DNA from: Mytilus edulis
Taxonomy: Eukaryota
DNA length: 64,000 nucleotides
Assembly (NCBI RefSeq): GCF_963676685.1
Contig: NC_092344.1
Span: 82,584,001 to 82,648,000, forward strand
Reading direction: 5' to 3'
In this document: positions 36,691 through 49,881 of the stretch, piece after piece
Position numbering within the stretch: position 1 is the stretch's first letter
How the letters are laid out: the number at the start of each line of letters is the position of its first letter
The notes under the pieces: model-generated
Told to the model about the DNA's origin: nothing
What the model saw: the letters and a program-made list of their open reading frames with translations, nothing else
Databases searched by the model: none
Position numbers and translations under genes: made by a program

Positions 36691-36983
36691 CTTCTGTGCT
36701 GACATACATGAATTATCATTGATATGGTCATATTTATAAATTAACTGTTTACAAAACTTTTGAATTTCTAAAATACTAAGGCTTTTCTACCTCGGGAATA
36801 GATAACCTTAGTTGTATTTGGCAAAATATAGAAGTTTTGGTCCTCAATGCACTTCAACTTTGTACTTTATTTGGCCTTTTTAACTTTTTTGGATTCGAGC
36901 GTCAATGATGAGTCTTTTGTAGACCAAACGCGCGTCTGGCGTAAATACAAAATGTAATCCTGGTATCTATGATGAGTTTATTT
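36691..36983 (+). mobile_element. Retrozyme-like monomer, subfamily TTTGT, hammerhead (36900-36941) with C3 and G12 mutated
   Basis: CGTCA-ATGATGA-GTCT-TTTGT-AGAC-CAAA-CGCGC-GTC-TGGCG. Tail CCTGGTATCTATGATGAGTTTATTT. Confidence 0.75.
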
Positions 36984-39070
36984 GCAAAACGTTTTGGTTT
37001 GTCGTTGAGAAGGCCTTGTCTGAAATCTACTTCGTATTTATAGTACAAAAGGCAAGTCAGCGAATAGGTTGCACAATAAATACCTATCGATAAACCGACT
37101 GTCTGCTGAAAAAAAGCAATTGACCCATCTCGAGAATGTTTTGTCAATCATAACGTCCTAAATATCTATGATAACATCTCCGGCGAATTTGTTGTTAAAA
37201 TCAGCTAGGTTCTTCACGTCACTTAAAAGAAGGAAGTTTATTGTATAGATCTACGATTTCCAGTTTGTGTATAAATAAAGGCAACAGTAGTTTACCGTTA
37301 TTCAAAAGTCATGAATCGATTGAGATAAAACAAATCCGGGTAACAAACTATAAAACTGAGAGAAATACACAAAGTACAAAAGGAAAACAACGAAACAACA
37401 GAAACCTTGAATTCGAAGTGCAACAAAAACAAACGACAATGCAACATACGTAGAAACGAACTATATAAGTTAACAACTGCCATATTCCTGACTCGGTACA
37501 GGATATTTTAAGAAACAATTGTGGGTTAAAACCTGCTAGCAAAACCTTGCGCTTTATGGCAATGTTAAATATACCCCCAAAATGGCATTACATGACATAT
37601 ATTTAATCATAAAAAGCTTTCTTTTTGAGAAATTTTTGTCGATCTTTAATTTGAGCATGGGAAATAGTAAAGAACGGAGGGCAATCCATTTTTATTTTTA
37701 TATTACTGCAAAGTTGTAAAGGTTTTAATGGAATTTTTTTAATAATCATTTTGATTACTAAGTAGACATCTGATTGACATCACTCTCGTTGGATAAATCT
37801 CATCACAATATTTCTACTGTAATAAGATCTTGGTTGACCAATACGATATGATTGTGTCTGAACTCACGGGCGATACGTTATCGTGGTTATATATCTTAAA
37901 TTTTCATATAGATGATAGAGCAGATTCTTAACCCGAGAAAAAACAAGCTAAGCCATGGTTGACTATGTTTATTCGGGTTCATTCAGCTGTATCACCCTCT
38001 CAGCTATGTGTTATTTAATTTTCTATACTATTATTTCTGTCATTATTGTCTTTTAAATATAAATTCAATTCCTCAAATGGTAGATTTTGATTGGTTGACA
38101 CAAAAGGGTCGTTTATTGATATAATTACAAACATTATTTTATTAAAGCCATCAATAAAGAATTCACAATTAAGTAATTAATGGAGTGCAATGAAATCAGA
38201 CCTTATGGGGTAGAGGGGTTAAACAAAAGCTCGTAACTTTTTTAAAAGCCTGGCGACCCCCATTTTATTTTACCTTAAAATGTTCGAAAAGTTCATAGCT
38301 TTGACATATCTGTTTTTAAAAAAAAATCTACCGGGGAAATTTTACGAAAAATCGATTAAACCAATATTTTTGCCTTAAACTAAAATTAGAAAATGCAAAA
38401 TTTAGACATTAATCTGAAAATAAAAGGATTTTTAAGTCAAAAACAACCAAGGGAAAGGTTTACATTTCAAATTCTAATGTTTTTTCACATAAAAATCATA
38501 CTGACTTGGTTTTAAAAGTCTTTGAATTTGATGTAACAGTTATTGTTGGAAGGGTGGGCATGTTTGGAAATAGGGTCAAAATCGCACATTTCGCTTCAAT
38601 TTGAGGAGAAAACAAGCCTGGTGACCCCCTTTTTTCTTTGCATTTTTGGATTCAGCATAAAAAAATCTACAGAATATGTGAAAATAAAAAAATTCTACCG
38701 GGGGTCACTATTGGGGTGAGCCACCTTAAGTGAGGAATAATAATTTATCATGTCTGTATGGTAAACAAAAATTGTAAGTTTCAATAGCGTATTTCTGATG
38801 ATAGCCTGTTTTGACCATGTTTATGTTTATAGCATTTTTTTTAAATGCAAAATTGGAACTGTTTCTCGGTCCGCATATACATCATATACCATTTTTATTA
38901 TACAAAACAGCTTCGACTGATACATCAATGTATCGTTTTTTTACGAATTTTTTCTTTGATCTTACCTGGGAACAGTATATCTAATATATATGTTCTTGGT
39001 CTTACTGACTAATAATTTCTTCCCCCCACCCAGTAGAGTGAAATGAAAAATTATCGAGAGATTTCAAGTT

Positions 39071-39243
39071 CAGTGGTGGATCCAGGGGGGGGGGGGGGGG
39101 GGGGGTCCGGGGTGGGAACCCCCTTTTTTTTGGCCGATCAATGCATTTGAATGGGAGCATATAGTTGGAACCCCCCCCCTTTTACTGTGGGTTGGGAACC
39201 CCCCCCCCCCCCCCCCCTTTTAAAATGGCTGGATCCGCCACTG
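39071..39243. mobile_element. Short MITE with poly-G/poly-C tracts, 5-bp TSD
   Basis: TIR CAGTGG(T/C)GGATCCAG. AAGTT at 39066-39070 and 39244-39248. Confidence 0.8.
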
Positions 39244-41530
39244 AAGTTTCATTCAAATTGTATTATACCAAGGATTTGTATAGTACTATACAAATCCTTG
39301 ATTATACATTTTCGAACTATGTTAAACAGCTTTTTATAAATTTGAATTGACGATACTTATATGTGTGGCTTATTAAAGATCAGCGATAATAACTTGACGT
39401 GTCTTCTCGATTTTTTGTACTGTCTGACAAAGACGTGACAAAAAAGTCCAATATTAATATTTTGTTTTAAATAATGAGAAATGGATTAGCACTGAAATTC
39501 ACAAAAACTATTCAATGAATGTCCATGCCGTATATATGAAACTAAAAAATACCGTAGATTATGAAACTACAAAACTACCATTGATTAGGAAACTAAAAAA
39601 TGCCCTAGATTAGAATTCTAAAAAATATGCCATGGATTTGGGATAACACGATGTAATATTTACCATAGATTAGGAATCTGCCATAGATTTGGAACCCACC
39701 ATAGATTAGAGTCCTACATATTGACTAGATATTAAAAAAAATGGGAAACAGCAAACAACATTGTGTATATTTATATAAAAACATATAACTATGTCAACAA
39801 AGAAAAACGAAATGGCACTTTGATATAAAGATGATAGACAACGTCAGTACCTAGAATCAATAACTTATATATTAAGACCATATCATTTATTAATTGTGAA
39901 GTTGATACTGAATATCTATCAACAAGGTCGGCTTGGTATCTTTAATAAGCTTCCTGTAACCTTTTTTTTTTAGAATATGGAAGAAACGTTCTTTTACATC
40001 AGTTTGAGTATATTGATCAACTGCAAGCTCTTGAATACAGAATGAGTTGGGGAAAAGTATATCCCATATACAGGTTGGAATTTTTCAAAATTATAGTTGT
40101 ATCGTTTGTCATAGAAGTTGTGGCACTGAGATGTGACCGCTTAATTATGTCAAATTCGCTTAAGTCGAAAAAAGAAGTGGGAGAAGCCTTTTCTATTTCT
40201 TTACTTTGATTTCTGGAGGGTATATTAATGGTACCCAATCAGAATTGTCAATAGTTTGATAATAGAAAGAACAGCATCAATACATTTGAATGTGAAATTA
40301 AATGATTCAGCCGAGATCATGGATGCTTAATTGTGTCTATTTCTTTAACTACAAAAACTTTGCAAATAAAATGCCTATTTCTATCGGCGTAAAACATAAA
40401 ATTTCGTGTTTACCGATCATCGAATCCAGACGCAATATAAACATCGGATATTATATCGTGCGTATTGTCACAGTGCTAAGTAGAACAAGCGTTTTGAAAA
40501 GCTACTATATTTGAATCTCGCATCGGTTTCCTATCACGTGACCAGGGCGAGATTAACTCCATGCCGATGGCCGAGAGAAAAAGAAGGAAAACAACTGAAT
40601 TTATTTTGTCGTACGATCATATTTCATTTCCTTATTCACATTTACTAGTTTGTTCAGCCACTCCCATTGGTGTTGCATAATGTCACACATACAAAATTAT
40701 AGAAAAATCTGACATGAATCAATATAAAACATGTATTTCTTGTAAAAACGAAAGAATAATTTTTGACATTTCGCGGAAAAATGAAATAACACTCTGTACA
40801 TCATTTTAGGGAAGCAGTTTCGTTTCAGTGAAGATTGAAGTATTTTTGTTGTAACACTTAAGCAGAGAATAGACATGAGTTTGATTTTATGTTCATGAAT
40901 AATTTTTGACAAGGAGAACTGCAAATTTATGCAACCCCTTCAATGTTTTATATAGATATATTTCATTTTTATGTTATGGTTGAAGAAGACTTCAAGTCTT
41001 CTGAAGACATATGGTGTTGACTTTACAACCGTTACAACCTCCTTATGCCGCATACGTTTCTGTGCATTACAATTTCATAACAACTTCTGATTATTGACAC
41101 CGATTTTTACACATGATTAAGCATTTGAATCTTTTTATTTGTAAATTAGGATTGAAAAACAATCACTATCGTAAATATGTACTCTTTTATTTATGTAAAT
41201 TATAAGATTTCATCTCATCTACATGAACATGGTTTGTTTACTTGTAACCGGATGTTTTTAATGTAGATATTTGTAGTATGCATGCGTGAATTTGGATCAG
41301 GTCGACTCGCCCTGTTTATATGTTCGCACTTGGTCCGTTCGTCCTGAGTTCTTTCGACCTTATAGTACGTTCACCCAATGTTCATTCTCTTCACTCTTAT
41401 CAAGGACGTTTATAATACGTCCTTGCATTTATTAAAAAATATTAAAAAGCGTTAAAAAAACTATCAAACACGATTTAGTGAAAATCATCTGTTCCTTATA
41501 TTGTTCCCAAGGTAAAAAAATTGTGTTCAG

Positions 41531-41667
41531 CCAATCAAATTCTGTGTTTCTCATGAGCAAATTAATAAGCCAATCTAAAACGTTTTCTCTGATGATTATT
41601 CTAACATGCTAGATTTTGAACTTTGTTGTTTTCATCTTGTAAAATCGTGAACATGGCACTGCCCCAG
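41531..41667 (+). promoter_or_regulatory. DNAJC14: Candidate DNAJC14 promoter and first exon
   Basis: Two AGCCAATC boxes (CCAAT at 41531 and 41570), YY1-like AACATGGC at ~41650, donor CAG|GTGAAT at 41667/8. CpG depletion begins just downstream. Confidence 0.5.
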
Positions 41668-43661
41668 GTGAATTTTCATCTACAAAGTGGGTTCTTACAC
41701 AGCTTAAGGATAAAAGCATGGCTGATTGACAAAATTCAATGATGCATTACTACCATAAAGATAATACTGAATAGTAGTTTTTTTCACTAATTTATTGACA
41801 TAATACGTTATTTTTGTATTCAATTAAATCATTAAAAGCACAATGTACTACTCTTTTTTTCACAAAGACCAACAAACAGGTTAGGACCAACCTGTAGAAT
41901 GTCCATCTTTGTGCATAATTCAAAATTGGAAATTTCAACAAGCATCATATATTCTTACACAAGAAAATAAACCCTGGTCTGCTAGCTACATGTTCATCTT
42001 TTCTACTGATTTAATAACTAGAATCATGCAAACAGACTTAAGAAGTTTTACTATTTTTATGTCCCATTAATGGGCATTATGTTTTTTGGTCTGTCAGTCC
42101 GTCCTGCTTCAGGTTAAAGTTTATGGTCGAGGTAGTTTTTGATGAAGTTGAAATTCAATCAGCTTGAAACTTTGTACACATGTGTTCCTTATGATATGAT
42201 CTTTCTAATTTTTCTGCCAAATTAAAGATTTGACCTAATTTTCACGGTCCACTGAACATAGAAAATGATTGTACGGATGGGAAATCCATGTACTTATGAC
42301 ACATTCTTGTTATAAGAAAAAAAATGTCATAACGATAATGGAACAAAGCAGGCTGGGTTAGTGGGGCTGCTTTTATGGTAATTCAAGTTACCTTTTATTC
42401 ACCTTCTTCCACCTCAGAGCTATCAGCTCTTTGATTTGTCATTACTTTGTGTACTGTACTTTGTCTCTTTTTGTTGTAGCCCAAGGATGTTTTAATACCC
42501 TGCCACGTCCGGTATGTGTTTGTTATACACGTTTTCTGCTTTGTATCCATCTGATGAGTTAAGCCCTTTTTAGCTGATTTTTATATTTAATATGCAGAGT
42601 ATACCAATATCCAGAAAACTCACCAAAAAACTAATAAAAAAACTTGAGCGATCTTATAGCGATTACCCAGAATCTCTATTTTTACATAGTGTACATGTAA
42701 TACTGCTCATTATAGAGCTACGGTTAGGTAGCTAACCCCACACATAATGTTTTTTCACCCTCCTATCAGTTCTGTTCTTGTCGCTTTGACTACACTGAAA
42801 CCACACAACAGAATTTCAGGAAACTTGGTTGATCAAAAGAACATAGATATAAGATGTGGTGTGAGTGCCAATGAGACAACTCTCCTTCCAAATAACAATT
42901 AATAAAAGTAAACCATTATAGGTCAGTGTACAGCCTTCAACACGGAGCCTTGGCTCACACCGATTAACAAGCTATAAAGGACTAGTGTAAAACCATTCAA
43001 ACGGGAGAACCAACGGTCTAATTCACTTTACCTGTGTTCATATGTCTTCAATTGTCTTGTGATTGAGTTATGCCATTTCAATTGATATTTTATAGTGTGT
43101 CTTTCTATGTTCAATGTGATGTTACACTATTGTTTCAGATAAGGGTGAAGGTTTGGTACCATTAAAATGTTTAAACCTGCTGCAATTGTTTGCACCTGTC
43201 CCATTGTCCTAAGTCATGAATCTGATGTTCAGTAGTGGTTGTTGTTGATGTGTTTCATAAGTGTTTCATGTTTCTTGTTTGTTATATAGATATAAGACCT
43301 TTGGTTTTCCTGTTGTAGCTGACCCCACCAGGCACCATGCATACATTTTTGATTAGACATTTCTTTTAGATGTTCAAGCAATGGAACCAACACCCATCAA
43401 ATTTTAATAAAAATGCCTGACTCGCCTTACTTGTACATTTGAACAACCAGACTATTTTTGTCTGGGTTGCCCGTGGACAAGAAAAAATATATACTATCTG
43501 ATCAGTACTTGGCAAAGTTCAATTTAAAGTTGAAACGAAAAGAAAGTATTATTTTCAAAACTTATAAAAGATGATTATTATGTTTTATAATACATGTAAT
43601 ATGTAATAATACCCTATAATATTTTTTCTTTAATTTCTAACTAACAGGTTGTAGTTGAATT

Positions 43662-44970
43662 ATGGCAGAGGCCAGGAAGATAAAAACAGATGAACTTCCG
43701 CCAGTATCAGGAGGATTTGACCTTGGAGGTCAAGCAGCTCCAATGTACAGTACTTGGACACAGTTTAGTGGAATGCCTATACATAATCAAAATGTTAATG
43801 AGCAAGCTGGAATGTTCAACTGGGATGCCTTCACCCCTCCAAGTAGTCCATCAACATATGATCAAGCAATAGACAGTACACAGATAAACAAAGATCTATT
43901 AGCAAACATTCAAAATTTACTGTCTGTCAATCCCACAACTGCATCTTTTGAACATGATTTACGTGCAACAGATCCATCACCACACAGAAACTTAAGCATG
44001 TCTGATGCAAGCAATGATGGAAGAGACATTTATGCAGACACATATAATAATTGGAATTCATTTTCTCAAAGTTATGACCCCTTTGGATCCCCTACAGTCA
44101 TTTCTAAATCTAATGGTGATGTGTCTAGTACCTTTAGTTCCGGAGACCAACAGTCTAGTAACAAAATGACTTATTCAGACGTTGCAAAAACATTAAAAGG
44201 AAAACCTATGCAAGCACCAAAGGACAAGGAAGAGACAGATTCCTCAAAGAAGAAAACTTCCTCACCATTTCTATCTGCAAAGCCATTCAAGCCTATCCGA
44301 AAGCCATATTATACGAGACAAGGGTCGAAAGGCCTTATAAATAATAAACATTCAGATGATATGGCATCCAATGTCACACCAGATTCTAAGTATGGTCTTG
44401 ACCAGTTTGAAGAGTTTGCTGTTAGTCAGGACCAACGTAGTGATAGTACAGAAAGTATACCACGTGTTTTGAGTAGAAAGGGGAGCACAAGTAGTGTTAG
44501 TAGTGGAACAAGTGGAATCGAAGAGATACATTTGACCAAACCTGCCCCACAGAGTTATTCAACAAAAACAGACACAACTGATGACTTCAAACTGCCTACT
44601 AGACCAGCAGAAACACTACACCCTAACAAACCGTTTTTTGATGCAAGAAGAATATTTCAATCAAAGACATCCAAAAAATCCACATCAGGCAAGCCTTCTC
44701 ATGACAATGCAACCGTTCTTAATAATGGAAAAGTAGGAAGCAAAGCGTCATCATCAGCTCACAAAAAATCAACAGACAATATTTATATTAACAATGATCT
44801 AAGTGATTCTTACAAAAGAAACAGTGCTCAAAATAGAGATGGTGAAAGTAGGAAACATGATAACTATGTACAGAATGGTAAAATTGATAAGAAGTCCAAA
44901 TCAGACGAAAGCAGTAAAGACAACAAAGGGCATTTGCCTTTGCAATCTCCATTTGATCAAGAATATATAG
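43662..44970 (+). CDS. DNAJC14: DNAJC14 coding exon 1 (long low-complexity Ser/Lys-rich N-terminus)
   Basis: Acceptor CTAACAG at 43647, 436-codon ORF, donor G|GTAAAT. In phase with downstream J-domain exons. Confidence 0.88.
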
Positions 44971-45450
44971 GTAAATATTTGGAAAAATAAATGTATGAAA
45001 TCAAACATTAATTATATTCTATAAAATGTACATGCATGTGTGAACATGATATAGGAGAACATCATTCTAAGCAGTGTTTTTGTCAATGCTCTTAATTTTC
45101 GCCATTTAGGCAACAATTTTTCAAAATAACAAAAGCATTTCTGATCAATTTGATACTTGCATTTGTATTATAAAGAAAAATATTTTTAAAGAGTTCTGCT
45201 TATATATATATAATTAAATTCTGTTATTTTGAATGTGAACACTTTTTATATATGGGGGCCATTGATTGTGTTCACTTCTATTGAAAATGAAGTGACTATA
45301 GCCCTCAATAAGCTAGCTTAAACCCCGTCATACATCTGAAATTACCAGCCAACTGCAATCAAAATTTGAAAAGGACTGGATTAGAAAAAAATATCATAGA
45401 TCAGGTGGAACTCCACATGTGACACTGTTAACGTTATTATTTCTTTTCAG

Positions 45451-45556
45451 ATGAATGGATCAATTTTCTGTTTGAGAAGTCCAAAGCGTTTGTGTCTTTC
45501 ATTTGGTCAGGCTTTATCACAGTGTTGTTACTTCTATTTGGAATAATAGCATACCT
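45451..45556 (+). CDS. DNAJC14: DNAJC14 coding exon 2 (hydrophobic/TM segment)
   Basis: DEWINFLFEKSKAFVSFIWSGFITVLLLLFGIIAYL. Canonical AG/GT. Confidence 0.88.
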
Positions 45557-46111
45557 GTAAGTACTTTTGTAGTTTGACATGAATATATATACATATAATA
45601 CCTGCACATGATAATCAGTATTTATATTGAGAGATTTAGTATAACTGTAAGTACTTTTGTAACATGTATTTGGACTTTCAGCAAACCTATAGTTTACATC
45701 TACATTTAACTTCTATTGAAATCCAAAACATACATGAAAGTTCAACTACTTGGGGTCTACCTGTAAATTTAGACTCATATACTGGTAGCCTACTGATAGG
45801 CACTTACAAGTATATGTGGCTTAAAGCATACCTTTAGTTACCATGATAACTGTTAGGTTTTGTAGCATAACTGTGTTAGTACTTCTATTTGAGCTAACTG
45901 CATACCTTTACATTGTATATTAAAGTACTAGATGGACTTCTGGTTTAAACAGAATCCTGTCATATAAATGAAGATTATCCTAAAGCTGTCAGAAATTGTC
46001 CTAGCAATGAGCTTGCTATCATTTTTTATACCACAAAACAATTTAGATCAATTTGTTAAATTAGAAAATATGTTTAATTAAAACCTATATATTTTTTTTT
46101 TCAATTTGCAG

Positions 46112-46272
46112 AGTCAGTAATATAGTGCTTTATGTGATATGGACTTGGGGGAAAGTATCACATTTTGTTAAGACAAGAATACTGAACAAATATTTCAAAC
46201 GGTTTTTTAAACAATCTGAATTGGAAAGGAGAAAACTTGGAGTAGATGAAAATATAGCTTTACCCTCAACAG
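46112..46272 (+). CDS. DNAJC14: DNAJC14 coding exon 3
   Basis: VSNIVLYVIWTWGKVSHF..ENIALPST. Phases match the neighbouring exons. Confidence 0.9.
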
Positions 46273-46897
46273 GTAAGATTTCTCCCTCTAGATGATTGTT
46301 GGAGTAGGACAAAGGTAGATTGTTTGCGTAATGTTCAATGGGAATGCCTAGTCCGTGAATGTTCAGTAAGAAATCTGAATGGCTATTTTTGTTGATGGAC
46401 TTTTTACTTTGCAAGTACAGAGTATTGAAATTTGACATTAGACAGTACTAAAATGCACAATAATAAGCATGATAAAAAAAAAAAATAACAAAAATTATTG
46501 AAATTAGGAAAGAGTCATAAAGACAATGGTTCTGACAACCCAATCAAATAGCAGAAAATAGTTAAATGTCAACAACACAGCGAGAAAATCCCACAAATGG
46601 AGGCGTTATTCAGCTGGTCCATAAACAAAATGTGTACAAGTTCAATGAAAAAATTGATGTCACACTAAACTCCACAACATATAAATGACCTAAAATTAAA
46701 AAAAAACATACAAGACTATCAAAGGCCAGAGGCTCCTGACTTGAGACAGGTGCACACATGAGGTGGGGTTAAACAGGTTTTTTTTTTAGATCTCAACCCT
46801 CAAAGATATACTATCTTTACTGTTGTTAGTTTTTGTTCAAGGTAAAATCTGAATATTTGACCTCAAGCTATATTATAAGTTTTACATTAATATTCAG

Positions 46898-46949
46898 GTT
46901 CAGAGGCCATGCAGAGACTTCTAGCTTGTAAAGGAAAAGACCCTTACAG
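46898..46949 (+). CDS. DNAJC14: DNAJC14 coding exon 4 (start of J-domain)
   Basis: GSEAMQRLLACKGKDPYS. Confidence 0.93.
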
Positions 46950-47535
46950 GTGAGTTAATTAATTTACCTTTGACACCATTTACGAGTATGGTCTTGAGGA
47001 AACTATGATAGTTGGTCAGAAGGGGACAATAAAAGACATCCTTGTAAGATTTTGAAAAAAGAGCAGGCTAATGCTGCTATAAGGCAGTACTCGCACCCGC
47101 AAAGTGGAAAGGAATTCATATAAGTTGTTTCCCCAATCCACTACAAATGAAAATGTTTAATCTAAAATCATGCATCTAAAATAAGTTTGATTTAGAAAAA
47201 TTCCTTTTTTGTCAAATTGACTCTATATTTTCCATATAAGACAGCCAGTCATTAGAAAGACTGACAAATTGTTTGATAACATGTTCTATTCCATGTATAT
47301 TGATCATAGAATTTGGTGAATGAAAATATTTGTCAATCACCTTTATAAACAATTAAATATAAGAAGATAGTTCAGAATCTATTTACAAGTGGACAAAAAG
47401 GAAATTTTTGAAAAGGGAATCAGTTGTGTAAACATAATGTAAATTCTGTTTCAACATATTAACTTTGAAATATTTTGCATCATAATTAGCATAACCATCT
47501 GTTTGTTTTAACAATATTAATTTTGTTGTTTTCAG

Positions 47536-47620
47536 TATTTTAGGCTTACGGTTTGATTGTTGTGATGATGATATCAGGAAATATTACAGAAAACAAGCTA
47601 TTTTGGTACATCCTGATAAA
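47536..47620 (+). CDS. DNAJC14: DNAJC14 coding exon 5 (HPD motif)
   Basis: ILGLRFDCCDDDIRKYYRKQAILVHPDK. Confidence 0.95.
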
Positions 47621-48289
47621 GTAAGTCACAATAAAACTATGCCAAACAAAATCCTGGAACACTCAAACAAGAGCATTCAAAAAATTATTATTTGTCTGGA
47701 TGCAGATATTTTCACCCTTTAAGTGCCTGAATATGTATATTATTTAAGGATCATTTTTTCTCAATACAAGACATGGATGTTATCTGATGTTGGAAAGAGA
47801 ATACATTGTTTGAATCTTCAACTATAATGACCTTGATAAATGAAATATTGACCTTCATGTCATTAGGGTTAGTCTTCTCCCATGTTTAACTTAATAATGT
47901 CAGGAAATCAAGATGGGTATTCACTGATGCCTAGATATATGCATTTCATCTTTAATTATATATAAATTGGGAGATTTGGTATGATTGCTAATGAGACAAC
48001 CATCTGTCACTGAATGACCCTCAACAATGAGCAATCTTCCTACCCTCTGTATGGCTATATAGATTCTGGCTTGACAGTGAGTAAAAGGCCTGATTTCTTA
48101 CTCTTTTACTGATCAAAATGTTTTAACATTTGAGGTTTTTTCCTCAGGTACTGTGTACTGAAATAATTACATTTTTTAGTGGTAATCCGTATGTTTAGTC
48201 AAATGGTCATCTTTTTATGCATAGCTTCAGTTTTGATGTAAACATCAACAACATATAAAGTTCTGTTGAGTAACTTGATCTATTCTTGT

Positions 48290-49660
48290 TTTTAGCTCAC
48301 CTGGCCTAAAAGGCCATGTGAGCTTTTCTCATCACTTGGCGTCCGTCGTCGTCGTTAACAATTTTTTAAACATCTTCTCCTCTGAAACTACTGAATGGAT
48401 TTGAATGAAACTTAACATGATTGTTCCTTAGTATATCCTGCACAAAATGTGCGCTTCGATTTTTGATCCGTCAAAAAACATGGCCGCCGTTACTTAAAAT
48501 AGAACATAGGGGTCAAATGCAGTTTTTGGCTTATATCTCAAAAACGAAAGCATTTAGAGCAAATCTGACATGGGGTAAAAATGTTCATTAGGTCAAGATC
48601 TATCAGCCCTGAAATTTTCAGATGAATCAAACAAACCATTGTTGGGTTGCTGCCACTTAATTGGTAATTTTAAGGAAATTTTGCAGTTTTTGGTCATTAT
48701 CTTGAATATTATTATAGATAAAGATAAACTGTAAACAGCAAAAAAGATCAGCAAAGTAAGATCTACAAATAAGTTAATATGACCAAAATTGTCAATTGAC
48801 CCCTTAAGGGGTTATTGTCCTTTAATGACAATTTTTCACAATTTGTTCATCATATTTGCTAACTTTAAAAATCTTCTCCTCTGAAACTACTGAATGGATT
48901 TGGTTAAAACTTAGCATGATTGTTCCTTAGATTATCCTGCACAAAGTGTGTGCTTTGATTTTTGATCCGTCAAAAAACATGGCCGCTGTTACTTAAAATA
49001 GAACATAGGGGTCAAATGCAGTTTTTGGCTTATATCTCAAAAACGAAAGCATTTAGAGCAAATCTGACATGGAGTAAAAATGTTCATTAGGTCAATATCT
49101 ATCAGCCCTGAAATTTTCAGATGAATCAAACATCCAATTGTTGGGTTGCTGCCACTTAATTGGTAATTTTAAGGAAATTTTGCAGTTTTTGGTCATTATC
49201 TTGAATATTATTATAGATAAAGATAAACTGTAAACAGCAAATATGATCAGCAAAGTAAGATCTACAAATAAGTCAATTTGACCAAAATTGTCAATTGACC
49301 TCTTTAGGAGTTATTGCCCTTTAAAGACTTTTTTTCACAATTTGTTCACCATGTTGACTTACTTTAAAAAATCTTCTCTTATGAAACTGCTGTATCAATT
49401 TCAGCCAAACTTAGGCTAAATGAGTTTCAGAGTTTCAGAGTATCTAGTATAAATTTTATATTTCATTTCCTTGTATGTCAAGAAACATAGCTCCTATGGC
49501 TAAAATAGAACATAGGAGAAAATGATTTTTTTTTGCTTTTGAAGAAAATAGGACGATTCAAAGAACATTTAAATAAATTGAAAAGCCAAAATAATCATTG
49601 ATGAGAGATTAAACCAAAAAAATTCAGGTGAGCGATTCAGGCTCTTGAGAGCCTCTTGTT
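48290..49660 (+). mobile_element. Full-length Helentron/HINE-like element with ~499-bp internal tandem units, in DNAJC14 intron
   Basis: subTIRs GCTCACCTG (48295) / CAGGTGAGC (49625), GTCCGTCGTCGTCG microsatellite, units starting TCTTCTC at 48373, 48872, 49372, 3' hairpin AGGCTC-TTGA-GAGCCT, T-rich insertion site. Confidence 0.88.
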
Positions 49661-49812
49661 TATTTTAATCTTGCAAGAATCTGTCTTTTAAAATTTTATC
49701 AAATATATTAAATTGCATACGGTTACAGATGGTGGTTTAATACATGAAATACTGTAATGTTGAAATAAAAAAATGTCACTACTTTTATATTCTTTAATCA
49801 AATTTATTACAG

Positions 49813-49881
49813 AACAAGCAGCCTGGTGCAGAAGAAGCTTTTAAGATATTAGGACGGGCTTTCAAATTAATAGGATCTACT
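49813..49881 (+). CDS. DNAJC14: DNAJC14 coding exon 6
   Basis: NKQPGAEEAFKILGRAFKLIGST (J-domain helix III). Confidence 0.95.

Noticed and set aside
22377-37542. Numerous 60-117-aa ORFs in intergenic and intronic DNA
   Set aside because: They fall within SINE-like and other repeats, with no domain similarity or exon structure.
38200-38728. Additional TTAA-type MITE ending GAGCCACC-TTAA
   Set aside because: A matching left TIR and TSD could not be identified with confidence.
42548-42590. CTGATGAG motif as a further hammerhead
   Set aside because: No stem II followed by GAAA and no pairing stem I.
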